Shown here piece after piece: positions 1 through 8,885 of a DNA stretch of 64,000 nt. Every line of letters starts with the position of its first letter. The first letter of the stretch is position 1. The stretch lies in the NCBI GenBank assembly GCA_949289005.1, contig CASEMQ010000053.1, forward strand, positions 7,715-71,714, read 5' to 3'. Below the pieces are notes generated by a model. It worked only from the letters and a program-made list of their open reading frames with translations, searched no databases and was not told the origin of the DNA. Origin of the DNA: an uncultured Lentisphaeraceae bacterium (GTDB taxonomy: Bacteria > Verrucomicrobiota > Kiritimatiellia > RFP12 > DVOR01). The position numbers were made by a program, and so were the translations under genes.

Positions 1-2
1 CC

Positions 3-632
3 TTCAACGAGCCCGTCGCCCACTACGACTACGCCCCCTTCGGCGCCCCCGCCGCCACCGGCCCCCGCGCCGCCGACAACCCCTTCCAATTCTCCTCCGA
101 GTTCCACGACCCCACCCTCGCACTCGTCTACTACAACTACCGCCACTACAACCCAAAAGACGCCCGCTGGCTCGGAAGGGATCCCAAAGAAACGGCAGGC
201 ACCAATCCTTATACTTTCACATTAAACACGCCCATGAATTCCTACGACAAACTTGGGGAAGACCGCTATGTTATTCATGTATCGACCCTGCGTTTATTCT
301 TTGGATTAAAGACCGTTGCAATTCATGCTGAGATAGCCGTCGACAGATGGTCATGCGTACATGGCCAATGGGTACATAATGGCGTGACAAAGTTTGGCTT
401 CGTCCCAGAAACTTTTTGGACTTTGGGTATTTCAGAGAGAGGACACGTAAGACGAAATGACTCATTTTACGATGAGTTCATCGCACAAGTCATTCCTTCC
501 ACGCCATGCCAAGACGTTTGCCTCTTTAAGCAATTACGTGAGGTGGCGCGCAATTCACCCCGATACGCTCTTTTTTCGTACAATTGCTATGACTTTGCTT
601 ATGAGTGGGCTTATTGGGGGTTAGGTTTGTGA
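3..632 (+). CDS. Rhs-family polymorphic toxin, 3' end (Rhs core + C-terminal toxin domain); 5' part lies outside the window
   Basis: Frame from nt 3 reads FNEPVAHYDYAPFG...NPFQFSSEFHDPTLALVYYNYRHYNPKDARWLGRDP...NPYTFTLNTPMNSYDKLG, an Rhs-associated core ending in a DxxG-type cleavage motif. It is in frame with ORF 234..632, and GC drops sharply after the core. Confidence 0.9.
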   Translation, partial: FNEPVAHYDYAPFGAPAATGPRAADNPFQFSSEFHDPTLALVYYNYRHYNPKDARWLGRDPKETAGTNPYTFTLNTPMNSYDKLGEDRYVIHVSTLRLFFGLKTVAIHAEIAVDRWSCVHGQWVHNGVTKFGFVPETFWTLGISERGHVRRNDSFYDEFIAQVIPSTPCQDVCLFKQLREVARNSPRYALFSYNCYDFAYEWAYWGLGL

Positions 633-1021
633 TAAAGAATACCTGTTCGATTGGCTTTATTCGATTGCTCTTTCAATCTGTGCAAAAGATTTATTTCTCT
701 TGCCTTCCCCTTTCGCTTTGGTTTATCACACTCGGTTCACTCTATATCCTTAACGTTTATTCGGGTGATTTATTCAGTAGCCCAGAAGAAGCTGCGCTTG
801 TGAATCAATTGATTGAAACCTATAACGAAACGCATGAGGGGAGCGACTGTTGGATTGGGTTTCTGCGGAACGCGCCAATGACAGATGCAAGAGTGAAGCA
901 TTTGTCTGGTTTATATTTTTTCTCGTTGGCTTATTGGGGTTGGCCTCGTATTCTGCACAAAAAAAGAAAGGCAGAATACAGAGATAACGAGGACGGCTAT
1001 GTCGCAATTGCCCGTACGTGA
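629..1021 (+). CDS. Putative immunity protein, membrane-associated
   Basis: Low-GC ORF whose GTG at 629 overlaps the toxin stop codon; two hydrophobic segments; position directly after the Rhs toxin. The ORF track starts at 605. Confidence 0.55.
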   Translation: MIKNTCSIGFIRLLFQSVQKIYFSCLPLSLWFITLGSLYILNVYSGDLFSSPEEAALVNQLIETYNETHEGSDCWIGFLRNAPMTDARVKHLSGLYFFSLAYWGWPRILHKKRKAEYRDNEDGYVAIART

Positions 1022-1056
1022 AGTTTCTGCCAACGATGGAAACACTTTGAGGATAC

Positions 1057-1347
1057 TTGATGCGCGCGATTTTTGTTTTCTTTTGCTTGCTTGGCATTAC
1101 CATGTTCTCCTGTTCGGCGAGCATGGTGAGTCGTCCATTGAGCGAAAGAGAAACCAGAGTGTTGGACGAGGCCATTCAGACGTTTGCCACAGCCCATGCT
1201 TCAGACGAGGAACTGACAGCGTGTATTCCCTCTGTGTTTCGATTGTCGTTTGTGTTGACCTCAAGTTTTGTTCTGTGGTTGTTTGTCTGGTCGCTGTCGC
1301 TTGCAGGTCTGTTGCTCTACTCGTTTAGGCAAAAAAACACCCCGTAA
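1057..1347 (+). CDS. Second small membrane protein, putative immunity paralog
   Basis: Low-GC 96-aa ORF with two hydrophobic segments; the loop resembles that of the preceding ORF. Confidence 0.5.
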   Translation: MMRAIFVFFCLLGITMFSCSASMVSRPLSERETRVLDEAIQTFATAHASDEELTACIPSVFRLSFVLTSSFVLWLFVWSLSLAGLLLYSFRQKNTP

Positions 1348-1534
1348 TCCGACGAACTCGCCGCATACGTTTCCGGGTCGTTGCGTACGGTCGTACACGC
1401 CTCCCGAAATCTTGGGAAAGATACGTCCGGACATTGTCGAAGTGTAATAAAATGAAAACGCAACCACGGGGCGTGGCTTTTTCCGATTGTCGCGACCGTG
1501 GGGCGAACCATCCCAAGCAGAAAGGAACCGGACA

Positions 1535-2995
1535 ATGGCACTTTCCAGAAGAAGTTTCCTTCAGGCGGCGCTCGCGGCAGGGGCGTTTCCGTTGTTGGCC
1601 AAGGGGGGTGTCGGCGCCAACGGCAAAATCGCCATCGGCGTGATTGGCTACGGGCGCATCGCGCACACGATGGATGTCCCGGGCGTGCAGCGTTTCTCCG
1701 ACCGTTGCGTGCTGACGGCCGTTTGCGATTGCGACGCCCGCCGCGCCGCCTATGGCAAGAAGGTCATCGAGGAACGCTACGCCAAGCGGGGCATCCGCCA
1801 GACGGTGAAGGCATATGGCGATTATCATGAATTGGTGGCGGATCCCGCAATCGACGCGGTGTTGCTGTGCCTGCCCGACCATCAGCACGCACTGATTGCG
1901 ACGTACTGCCTTTTGGCCGGCAAGCACATCTTCCTGCAGAAGCCTTTCGCGCAGACCATCCAGGAGGGGCGCGCGGTTGCCAACCTCGCGACGCTGCGGA
2001 ACCGCGTCGTCCAGGTCGGCGCCTGGCAACGCTCGATTCCCCAGTTCCGGAAGGTCGTGCAACTCGTGCGCAACGGGCGCCTCGGCAAAATCGCCCGCGT
2101 GGAGGTGGGGCTTGGGTGCGACAAGGCGGGCGGGTGCCGCACGCCGGAGCCGATTCCGGAGACATTCGACTTCGACGCCTGGTGCGGCCCGACGGACCCT
2201 TCCGTGCCGTACAACTGGACACGTTGCCACAATCAGGACCTCAAGCGCATCGGCGACCGCCCGGGCTGGATCCAGCTCGCGCCGTACGGGTGGGGCATGA
2301 TCACGAACTGGGGTGCGCATCACCTCGACATCACGTCCTGGGGCCTCAAGCGCGACCCCTCGTCCGTCCGCGGCACCTGCGCCTGGATGGACCTCTCGGG
2401 CACGAAACTCTGGAACGTTCACACCACTTACGACCTGCATTACGACTGCGGCGGCACGGACGTCCACGTCTGCGACAAGTTCCGGATGGGCGTGAAGTTC
2501 ATCGGCGAGAACGGCGACTGGCTGTGGTGCACGCGCGGCGCGATGAAAGTGACGCCGAGCGACCCCGACCCGAAGGTGGCGCCGGGGCAATTGGGTCCCA
2601 TCGCGGCCTCGCGCCCCACGCTCTTGGCCGACCTGACGCCGAGCGAGATTGTCGATGACGCATTGGCGCACGGCACCGAACGTTTCCGATCGACCTCCGA
2701 CCATTACCTCAACTGGCTCGAGGCCATCGCGCGCGAAGACCCGCAATACACCGTCTGCGACGCCGAGGGCGCGCACCGATCGACGGCCTTCTGCTCGCTG
2801 GGGCATATGTGCATGGAGCGGGGGCGCGGCAAGCAGGGCGGCACCACGCTGGCGTGGGATGCCGCGCGGGAAACCACGGGCGACGCCGAGGCCGACAAAC
2901 TCCTGACCCCGCTCGTACGCGGGCAGTATGACCTGCGGCGCGCCTTCGCCGGCACCGCCTATGCCTACGAGAAGATGATCAAACCTTTGTCGTGA
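1535..2995 (+). CDS. Gfo/Idh/MocA family oxidoreductase with Tat signal
   Basis: MALSRRSFL Tat motif; IGVIGYG Rossmann motif; PDHQH, GKHIFLQKP and NWGAHHLD; AAAGGA RBS upstream of ATG 1535. Confidence 0.9.
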   Translation: MALSRRSFLQAALAAGAFPLLAKGGVGANGKIAIGVIGYGRIAHTMDVPGVQRFSDRCVLTAVCDCDARRAAYGKKVIEERYAKRGIRQTVKAYGDYHELVADPAIDAVLLCLPDHQHALIATYCLLAGKHIFLQKPFAQTIQEGRAVANLATLRNRVVQVGAWQRSIPQFRKVVQLVRNGRLGKIARVEVGLGCDKAGGCRTPEPIPETFDFDAWCGPTDPSVPYNWTRCHNQDLKRIGDRPGWIQLAPYGWGMITNWGAHHLDITSWGLKRDPSSVRGTCAWMDLSGTKLWNVHTTYDLHYDCGGTDVHVCDKFRMGVKFIGENGDWLWCTRGAMKVTPSDPDPKVAPGQLGPIAASRPTLLADLTPSEIVDDALAHGTERFRSTSDHYLNWLEAIAREDPQYTVCDAEGAHRSTAFCSLGHMCMERGRGKQGGTTLAWDAARETTGDAEADKLLTPLVRGQYDLRRAFAGTAYAYEKMIKPLS

Positions 2996-3021
2996 AATCC
3001 CCAATCCAAGGAGACGCAGCC

Positions 3022-4608
3022 ATGAAATCGTTCATTGCCCTGGGATGCGCATTGGCGGCGGCCGTCGCGTTGGCGGAGGTGCCCTACGCAATCGGCTTGG
3101 CCGGCTACACCTTCCGCAAGAAGACGCTCGACGAGACGCTGGACATCATGCAACGCGTGGACGCCCACTACCTCTGCGTGAAGGAAGCCCACCTCAAGTA
3201 CGATGCGGACGACGCGGCCATCGCGGCCTTCAAGAAGAAATGCGCGGAGCATGGCGTCATTCCCTACGCCCTCGGCCCGCTCTACACGCAAGACGTCGCC
3301 CAGCTCCGCCCCTACTTCGAATTCGCCAAGCGGATGGGCGTCAAGGTGGTGACCGGCGTACCCTTCGACCCGCCGGCGGGCAAGGAAAGGCATCGGACCT
3401 CTTCGCGCAAGCAATTGGAGGAAATCGACAAACTGGTGAAGGAGTTCGACATTCGCTACGCCATCCACAATCACGGCCCCTCGATGCCCAAACTCTTCCC
3501 GGATGCCGACCACGGCTGGGCGCTCATCAAGGACCTCGACCCGCGCGTGGGCTTCTGCCTCGACATCGGCTGGGAATACGCGAACGGGAAAGACCCCGTC
3601 GCGACCATCCGAAAATACGGCGACCGCATCCACGATATCCACATCAAAAACTTCGACAAGAACAAGCCCAACGGCCACGCCATCCCGTTGCCCCGCGGAA
3701 AAATCGACTATGTCGCGGTCTTCTCCGCGCTCGCCGAGGTCGGCTACGCCGGCGTCTGCGCCCTGGAATACGAACGCGACTTTGACGACAACCTTGCCGG
3801 CATCGCCGAATCCATCGGCTACGCCCGCGGCGTGACAGACGCCCTCCACGTCCCGGCCAAGATGCAACCCGCCCCCGCAGGCGCCAACACCCTCTCCGCC
3901 CAAGAGCGGGCCGAGGGCTACGAACTTCTCTTCGACGGCAAGAACCTCCCCGCGGACAAGTGGGTCGGCGCCAAGGACGAATGGAAGCGCGAGACCTTCC
4001 CCGCCCGCGGCTGGTACGTCCAGGATGGTTGCCTCGCCATGCGCCCGACCAGCGGCATCGCCAACGGCAAATGGTTCCCCCTGCCGCCTGAGGACGCGCG
4101 CCTCGGCGGCGGGGGCGACATCCTCACCAAAAAGCGCTACCGCGACTTCGTCTTCAAGTTCGACTTCCGCCTGACGGAGGCCGCCAACTCCGGCATCAAG
4201 TACTTCTACAACCCCGGCCAACATAAAAACTCCTGCGAGGAATACCAAATCCTCGACCCCGCCCATCCCGACGCGACCAAGGGCCGCGACGGCAACCGCC
4301 GCGTTGCCGCGCTCTACGACATCCTCCCCGCCCAAGGCGCCGACGCCCTCCTCAAGCCGGCCGGCCAATGGAACAGCGGCATGATCGTCGCGAAAGGCAA
4401 CCATGTCGAGCACTGGCTCAATGGCGTGAAAGTCTTGGAATACGAGCGCGGCTCCAAAGCCTTCCGCGACGGCGTCGCCCGCTCCAAATACCGCGCTTGG
4501 CAAGACGCCGGGGCGTTCTGGGGCGAGGCCGAAAGCGGTCACCTGCTCATCCAAGACCACTCGGATTCCTCTGTCGCCTACTGCAATCTCAAGGTCAAGG
4601 AACTCTGA
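3022..4608 (+). CDS. Secreted fusion: sugar phosphate isomerase/epimerase (xylose-isomerase-like TIM barrel) + DUF1080 (3-keto-disaccharide hydrolase/lyase) domain
   Basis: Signal peptide; TIM motifs AIHNHG, LDIGW, DIHIK, ALEYE; C-terminal NTLSAQERAEGYELLFDGK...ANSGIKY...EYQILD...WNSGMI...HWLNG...LIQDH typical of DUF1080; AAGGAG RBS. Confidence 0.85.
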   Translation: MKSFIALGCALAAAVALAEVPYAIGLAGYTFRKKTLDETLDIMQRVDAHYLCVKEAHLKYDADDAAIAAFKKKCAEHGVIPYALGPLYTQDVAQLRPYFEFAKRMGVKVVTGVPFDPPAGKERHRTSSRKQLEEIDKLVKEFDIRYAIHNHGPSMPKLFPDADHGWALIKDLDPRVGFCLDIGWEYANGKDPVATIRKYGDRIHDIHIKNFDKNKPNGHAIPLPRGKIDYVAVFSALAEVGYAGVCALEYERDFDDNLAGIAESIGYARGVTDALHVPAKMQPAPAGANTLSAQERAEGYELLFDGKNLPADKWVGAKDEWKRETFPARGWYVQDGCLAMRPTSGIANGKWFPLPPEDARLGGGGDILTKKRYRDFVFKFDFRLTEAANSGIKYFYNPGQHKNSCEEYQILDPAHPDATKGRDGNRRVAALYDILPAQGADALLKPAGQWNSGMIVAKGNHVEHWLNGVKVLEYERGSKAFRDGVARSKYRAWQDAGAFWGEAESGHLLIQDHSDSSVAYCNLKVKEL

Positions 4609-4609
4609 G

Positions 4610-5998
4610 ATGAACCGCCGATCATTCCTGAAGTCGATGCTCGCGGCCGGCGCCGCGCCCCTCCTCCTGCCCGGCTGCCTCTCGCGCAAAGGATACGTCG
4701 CGAACGCCAAGGTGCGCTTGGCCTTCGTCGGCATCGGCCAGCAAGGCTGGGGCGACATCCGGGAGTTCGGCCGCTTCCCGCAGCTCTTCGAATGCGTGGC
4801 CCTGTGCGACACCGACATGGGCGCCCCCCACACGCGCGCATGTCTGAAAAAATATCCCAACGTGCCGCGCTTCCAGGACTTCCGGAAGATGTTCGCCAAG
4901 ATGGGGGGCAAGATTGACGCTTGCCTCGTCGCGACGCCCGACCACACCCACTTCCCCATCGCGATGGACGCGATGCGCCGCGGCATCGCCGTCTACGTCG
5001 AAAAGCCCCTCGCGCACACCTTCGAGGAATGCGACCTGCTCATGAAAGCCGCCCAAAAATACGGCGTCGTCACCCAAATGGGCAACCAAGGCCACTCCAC
5101 CGTCAAATACCACCAATTCAAGCATTACGTCGAGATCGGCCTCGTCCACGACGTCTATAAAGTCGTCGCGCACATGAACTTCTCCCGCCGTTGGCACAAA
5201 TGGGGCGGCAAACTCACCGCCTTTCCCAAGGCGGAGAAAATCCCCGCGACGCTCGACTGGGACACCTGGCTTGGTCCCGTCGCCTACCACGACTACAGCA
5301 AAGACTTCGTCGGTGGCGAATGGCGCGCATGGTACGACTTCGGCAACGGCTGCATGGGCGACTGGGGCGCGCACCTCATCGACTGCGTCCACCAATTCCT
5401 CCTGCGCGGCGACCTGCCGAGCGCCGTCACCGTCGTCCGACAGACCGGCGCCAACCGCTTCGTCTACCCCATGAGCTCCACCCTCCGCTTCGACTTCCCC
5501 TCCAACCGCCTGCACGGCGACTTCGAGCTCGATTGGTACGAAGGCGCGGACAACCTGCCGCCCCTGCCGCCGGCATTCGTTTACGCGACCCCAGGCGGCA
5601 TTCCCCAAAATGCCGCCAACGACCCCAACGAAAAGGTGCGCCTCTACCCCGGGAAAGAGATGTACCAGCGCGACGGCACCATTTGGCAATCCCTCTCCCA
5701 CAAACATCCCCTCCACGTCGTGGGGGACTACAACCGCAAATTGCCCGACTGCCCCGCCGAGACCTGCACGCACTACGAAGGCTTCCTCCGCGCCGTCCGC
5801 GGCGAGATGGAGCCCCTCTCCCCCTTCAGCGTCGCCGCGCCACTCTCCCAACTCTTCACCCTCGCCTGCATCGCGCAACGCACCGGCCGAAGCTTCGCCT
5901 TCGACAAAGCCACCGGGACCATCCCCGGCGACCCCGAGGCCAATGCCCTCCTGCGCCAGCCCCCGCGCAAAGGCTGGGAGGAGTTCTACACCGTGTGA
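4610..5998 (+). CDS. Gfo/Idh/MocA family oxidoreductase with Tat (possibly lipoprotein) signal
   Basis: MNRRSFLK Tat motif, LPGC possible lipobox, VGIGQQG, TPDHTH, YVEKP, GDWGAHLID. Confidence 0.9.
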   Translation: MNRRSFLKSMLAAGAAPLLLPGCLSRKGYVANAKVRLAFVGIGQQGWGDIREFGRFPQLFECVALCDTDMGAPHTRACLKKYPNVPRFQDFRKMFAKMGGKIDACLVATPDHTHFPIAMDAMRRGIAVYVEKPLAHTFEECDLLMKAAQKYGVVTQMGNQGHSTVKYHQFKHYVEIGLVHDVYKVVAHMNFSRRWHKWGGKLTAFPKAEKIPATLDWDTWLGPVAYHDYSKDFVGGEWRAWYDFGNGCMGDWGAHLIDCVHQFLLRGDLPSAVTVVRQTGANRFVYPMSSTLRFDFPSNRLHGDFELDWYEGADNLPPLPPAFVYATPGGIPQNAANDPNEKVRLYPGKEMYQRDGTIWQSLSHKHPLHVVGDYNRKLPDCPAETCTHYEGFLRAVRGEMEPLSPFSVAAPLSQLFTLACIAQRTGRSFAFDKATGTIPGDPEANALLRQPPRKGWEEFYTV

Positions 5999-6009
5999 GC
6001 CAACGCCAC

Positions 6010-6059
6010 GCGGGAAACGAAGGGCAAGCCGGGCGCCCGGCTTGCCCTTCGTTTCCCGC
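6010..6059. terminator. Perfect 50-bp palindrome between convergent genes, probable bidirectional terminator
   Basis: gcgggaaacgaagggcaagccgggc|gcccggcttgcccttcgtttcccgc has exactly complementary 25-nt arms. Confidence 0.7.
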
Positions 6060-6070
6060 CGTTCGCGTGT

Positions 6071-7987
6071 TTATCGCGCTTGGGCGGGGGAGAAACGGAG
6101 GAGTGCGCCGCCGCCTGAGAGTTGGGGCAAGTCCACGGTGTCAGCGGCGGTTACCGTGGCCTGGCGGCGGGTGAGTTTGCGGCGGTCGGGCGCGGCATCC
6201 TCCAGCGCGTCAAGCGTCCATGCGCCCTCGCCCAGAAAGTCGAGGGAAAGGCGGAGGTCGAGCGGTTCGACGCCGTTGAGGACGGCGACCCACCATTCGT
6301 TGCCGTGGCGGCGGGCAAGGATGGCAAGTTTTCCGATGGCGCTTGGGGCGAGGGCGCGTGTCTCGTCCCACGTCACGGGGAGATCGCGGAAGAAAGGCTC
6401 GAGCGGGTCTTGGGCAAGATCGCGCGGGTCGGCGGCGAGGATGAGCGCGGGGGAGGTGAAGGCCACGGCGGTGGCGACTTGATGGGCATAGGTGGTGGCA
6501 GGGGGGCAACGGCGGCCGAAGCCGACGGGCGTGTAGTCGGCCGCGCCGACGAGCCAGCGGGTGAAGGGAAGCGTCGCGTCATGCACCGGCCAAGGCGCCA
6601 TGTCACGCTCGCCCCAACCGACGCACTCAAGGCCGGAGACGGCTTCCTTGGCCATCAGGTTCGGCCAAGTGATGGAGTCGCCCGTGGGCTTGTTCACGCC
6701 GTGGAAGACGACCATGAGCCGGCGTTTGGCGGCGTCTTCAAGGATGGCCTCCATTGCCTGGACGGTGGGGAGATTTTCGCGGTGGAAGAAGTCGATCTTG
6801 AGCCCCTTGACGCCGGCCTTGACACACGCGTCCATGAAGGCGGCACGCTCGGCGGGGTCGAGCACCTGCCAATCCTTCGCATGGCGTGGCGCACCGGGCC
6901 GCCAGACCCAGACGTCCACGCCGCGCTCGTGGCCGTAGGCGCAGAGTTTCGCGACCATGCCCCACTTGTCGAGTCCTTGGACACGCGGGTTCTTCTTTTC
7001 GCGTTGCGGCCAACGCTCCCATCCTTCGTCAAGGACAACGGCCTCGTAGCCGAGTTTCCGCGCGTCGTCGATAAGCGCTTGGGCAACGTCAAAACCCCGG
7101 CTGTTGGGGCGGTCAAGCATCCAGTTCCAGACCGCGCGAGAAGGGCGGATCCACGGCTCCTTGCCGCCATCGGGGAAAAGGTTGGGGTCGGGCGGATCCG
7201 CGACCTTGGCCAAGATGCCGTTGTTCAGGAGCCCCGTGAGGTCTTTGGCCACCATGAGAATACGCCACGGCGTGACGATTTCCTGCGTGCCACGTTTGCA
7301 CACGGCCTGCCATGGGTGGTTGCGCACCACGACGTTACGATCCTTCGCCGGCATGCCGATCGCAAGCCCCGCATCAAGCGCGCCCTTGCATTCGGCAAAC
7401 AGCACGCGCACCGCGTTGGGGCCGATGCCCTCGAAGACACATCCGTGGAAGTCGCGCAGATTGCCTTCCGTCAAGGCCGCGTACGTGCCGCCGGGCAGAC
7501 GGAAGGTGGCGGGCGGCGCGAGAATCTCCCCCGCGATGTCATCGGTCTTGCGCTCCTGGTAACGCTGCGTGTAACCATATTGGAAGACTGCCGAGGCATA
7601 CCACGCGGTCGTGCCGGAAGGAAAGGTGAAGGTCGTGTTCTCGCGCGTCACCGTGGCCGGCGCGTCGGCCGGGATTCGATACCGCACGGCCACGCCATCG
7701 GGGAACGTACGCGCCTCCACCGTCCAGACGCGCCCGGTCGCATTGCGCAACGTGAGCGTGGTGAGGTCGCCCACCGTCTTGCGCGACACCTCGGCCTCGC
7801 GCTCACCCAACGCCACACCGTCAAGCACAATGCCCAGCGGCGAAGACGCAATCAACACCTCGTCCCCAAGCAGGACGCGTTGGCGAAGCGCCCCCGCCTC
7901 GGTGAGGCTCAGCTCAAGCCGCGGCGTCGCCGCGAAAACACCGGCCGCCACCGCGGCCATTCCCAAAAACACCGTGAGTCTGTGCAT
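6071..7987 (-). CDS. Glycoside hydrolase family 97 protein
   Basis: Signal peptide; DGVAVRY, TPWR, WIRPSRAVWNW, LDEGW, GVKGLKIDF, FHGVNKPTG, ADYTP, LPVTWDET, ARRHGNEWWV match the GH97 layout. Confidence 0.85.
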   Translation of the reverse strand: MHRLTVFLGMAAVAAGVFAATPRLELSLTEAGALRQRVLLGDEVLIASSPLGIVLDGVALGEREAEVSRKTVGDLTTLTLRNATGRVWTVEARTFPDGVAVRYRIPADAPATVTRENTTFTFPSGTTAWYASAVFQYGYTQRYQERKTDDIAGEILAPPATFRLPGGTYAALTEGNLRDFHGCVFEGIGPNAVRVLFAECKGALDAGLAIGMPAKDRNVVVRNHPWQAVCKRGTQEIVTPWRILMVAKDLTGLLNNGILAKVADPPDPNLFPDGGKEPWIRPSRAVWNWMLDRPNSRGFDVAQALIDDARKLGYEAVVLDEGWERWPQREKKNPRVQGLDKWGMVAKLCAYGHERGVDVWVWRPGAPRHAKDWQVLDPAERAAFMDACVKAGVKGLKIDFFHRENLPTVQAMEAILEDAAKRRLMVVFHGVNKPTGDSITWPNLMAKEAVSGLECVGWGERDMAPWPVHDATLPFTRWLVGAADYTPVGFGRRCPPATTYAHQVATAVAFTSPALILAADPRDLAQDPLEPFFRDLPVTWDETRALAPSAIGKLAILARRHGNEWWVAVLNGVEPLDLRLSLDFLGEGAWTLDALEDAAPDRRKLTRRQATVTAADTVDLPQLSGGGALLRFSPAQAR

Positions 7988-8136
7988 AATCCGCTCCTTT
8001 CATCGCCCGTTGCCCAACCTTGTCGCAATCATTCTAGCACGGCATCACGCCAAGCACACACCCCAAAACTCCACTTTCCCCCACCCCGTCACAACAGTAC
8101 GCAGCCACACCTACCCCGAAATCAAACGCCTCAATC

Positions 8137-8172
8137 AAAAAAGCCCCGCAAGTATTTCAACTTGAGGGGCTT
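8137..8172 (-). terminator. Hairpin + U-tract following the tRNA-Thr 3' duplicate
   Basis: Minus strand AAGCCCCTCAAGTTGAAATACTTGCGGGGCTTTTTT; homologous to the hairpin after the intact tRNA at 55115-55146. Confidence 0.65.
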
Positions 8173-8223
8173 AAATCTGGAGCCGACGGTTGGATTCGGA
8201 CCCACGACCCACTGATTATAAAT
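8166..8223 (-). mobile_element. att site: duplicated 3' half of tRNA-Thr(TGT)
   Basis: The reverse complement matches 55064-55121 at 56/58 nt, from the anticodon arm through CCA into the terminator. There is no 5' half, and an integrase remnant is adjacent. Confidence 0.85.
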
Positions 8224-8277
8224 AAAGAGACGGTGTCGATTTTGCAGTTGATTATTCTGTGAGTTACTAAAAAGTCG

Positions 8278-8450
8278 TTAAATATCGGGGGTGATGGCGA
8301 AGTAGGTTTGGCCGGAGCCAGGGGGGGGGGACGAGGCCGCGGTAGTGGCGGAAGATGTCGTGGCCCCAAGCGATGCCGGCGGTGTGTGCGATGGCGCGGA
8401 TATTTTTGCGGAAGCGGTCGAGGGTGATGCCTTGGGTGGTGCCGGTCGTC
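8278..8450 (-). pseudogene. Tyrosine integrase C-terminal remnant
   Basis: RFRKNIRAIAHTAGIAWGHDIFRHYRGLV, then after a frameshift at a G10 run, YFAITPDI*. This resembles a phage integrase C-terminus with an internal deletion, next to the att site. Confidence 0.55.
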
Positions 8451-8606
8451 GCACGACGATATGCTGGACTGCCTGGCGAACCTGCGGCACCCGGAGGTGT
8501 TGCGGACGCTGGAGACGCTGCGCTCGCCGTACGAATGGGCGGGGCGCGAACGCGGCGCGCCGACGAGTTACGCGCAGGCGCGCCGGGAGGACGTCTTCGG
8601 GCGGCG

Positions 8607-8885
8607 TCAGTGAACGGGCTCGGCGGATGCCTTGCCGGTCTGGTGTTCGTAGTAGCCAAGCTCCCAGAGGCGGTCGAGGATATCCTCGGCGAGCTTGCCG
8701 GTGATGCCGCACTTGCGGAGCGCGGCCTTGGCCTTTGCCCAGAAGGCCTGCTCGGCCTCCATTTCGGCCTCGATCCGGGCACGCGTCTCCGCGTAGTCCG
8801 GTCTGCTCCGGATGTCGGCGAACACCTCGTCGGCGGTGTACAACTCGATGGGTTTCCCGGACACCTTCCCGATAATTGTTTTCAT
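8607..8885 (-). CDS. Putative antitoxin (HigA-like N-terminus, HTH apparently incomplete)
   Basis: ATG at 8885 overlaps the toxin stop; ELYTADEVFADIRSRPDYAETRARIEAE resembles a HigA N-terminal region. Confidence 0.5.
   Translation of the reverse strand: MKTIIGKVSGKPIELYTADEVFADIRSRPDYAETRARIEAEMEAEQAFWAKAKAALRKCGITGKLAEDILDRLWELGYYEHQTGKASAEPVH

Noticed and set aside
8166-8240. A second tRNA gene on the minus strand
   Set aside because: Only the 3' half is present; there is no D arm or 5' acceptor strand, so it is treated as an att duplicate.
8321-8330. G10 tract as a phase-variation switch
   Set aside because: It lies within an already deleted integrase remnant; slippage or sequencing error is sufficient.
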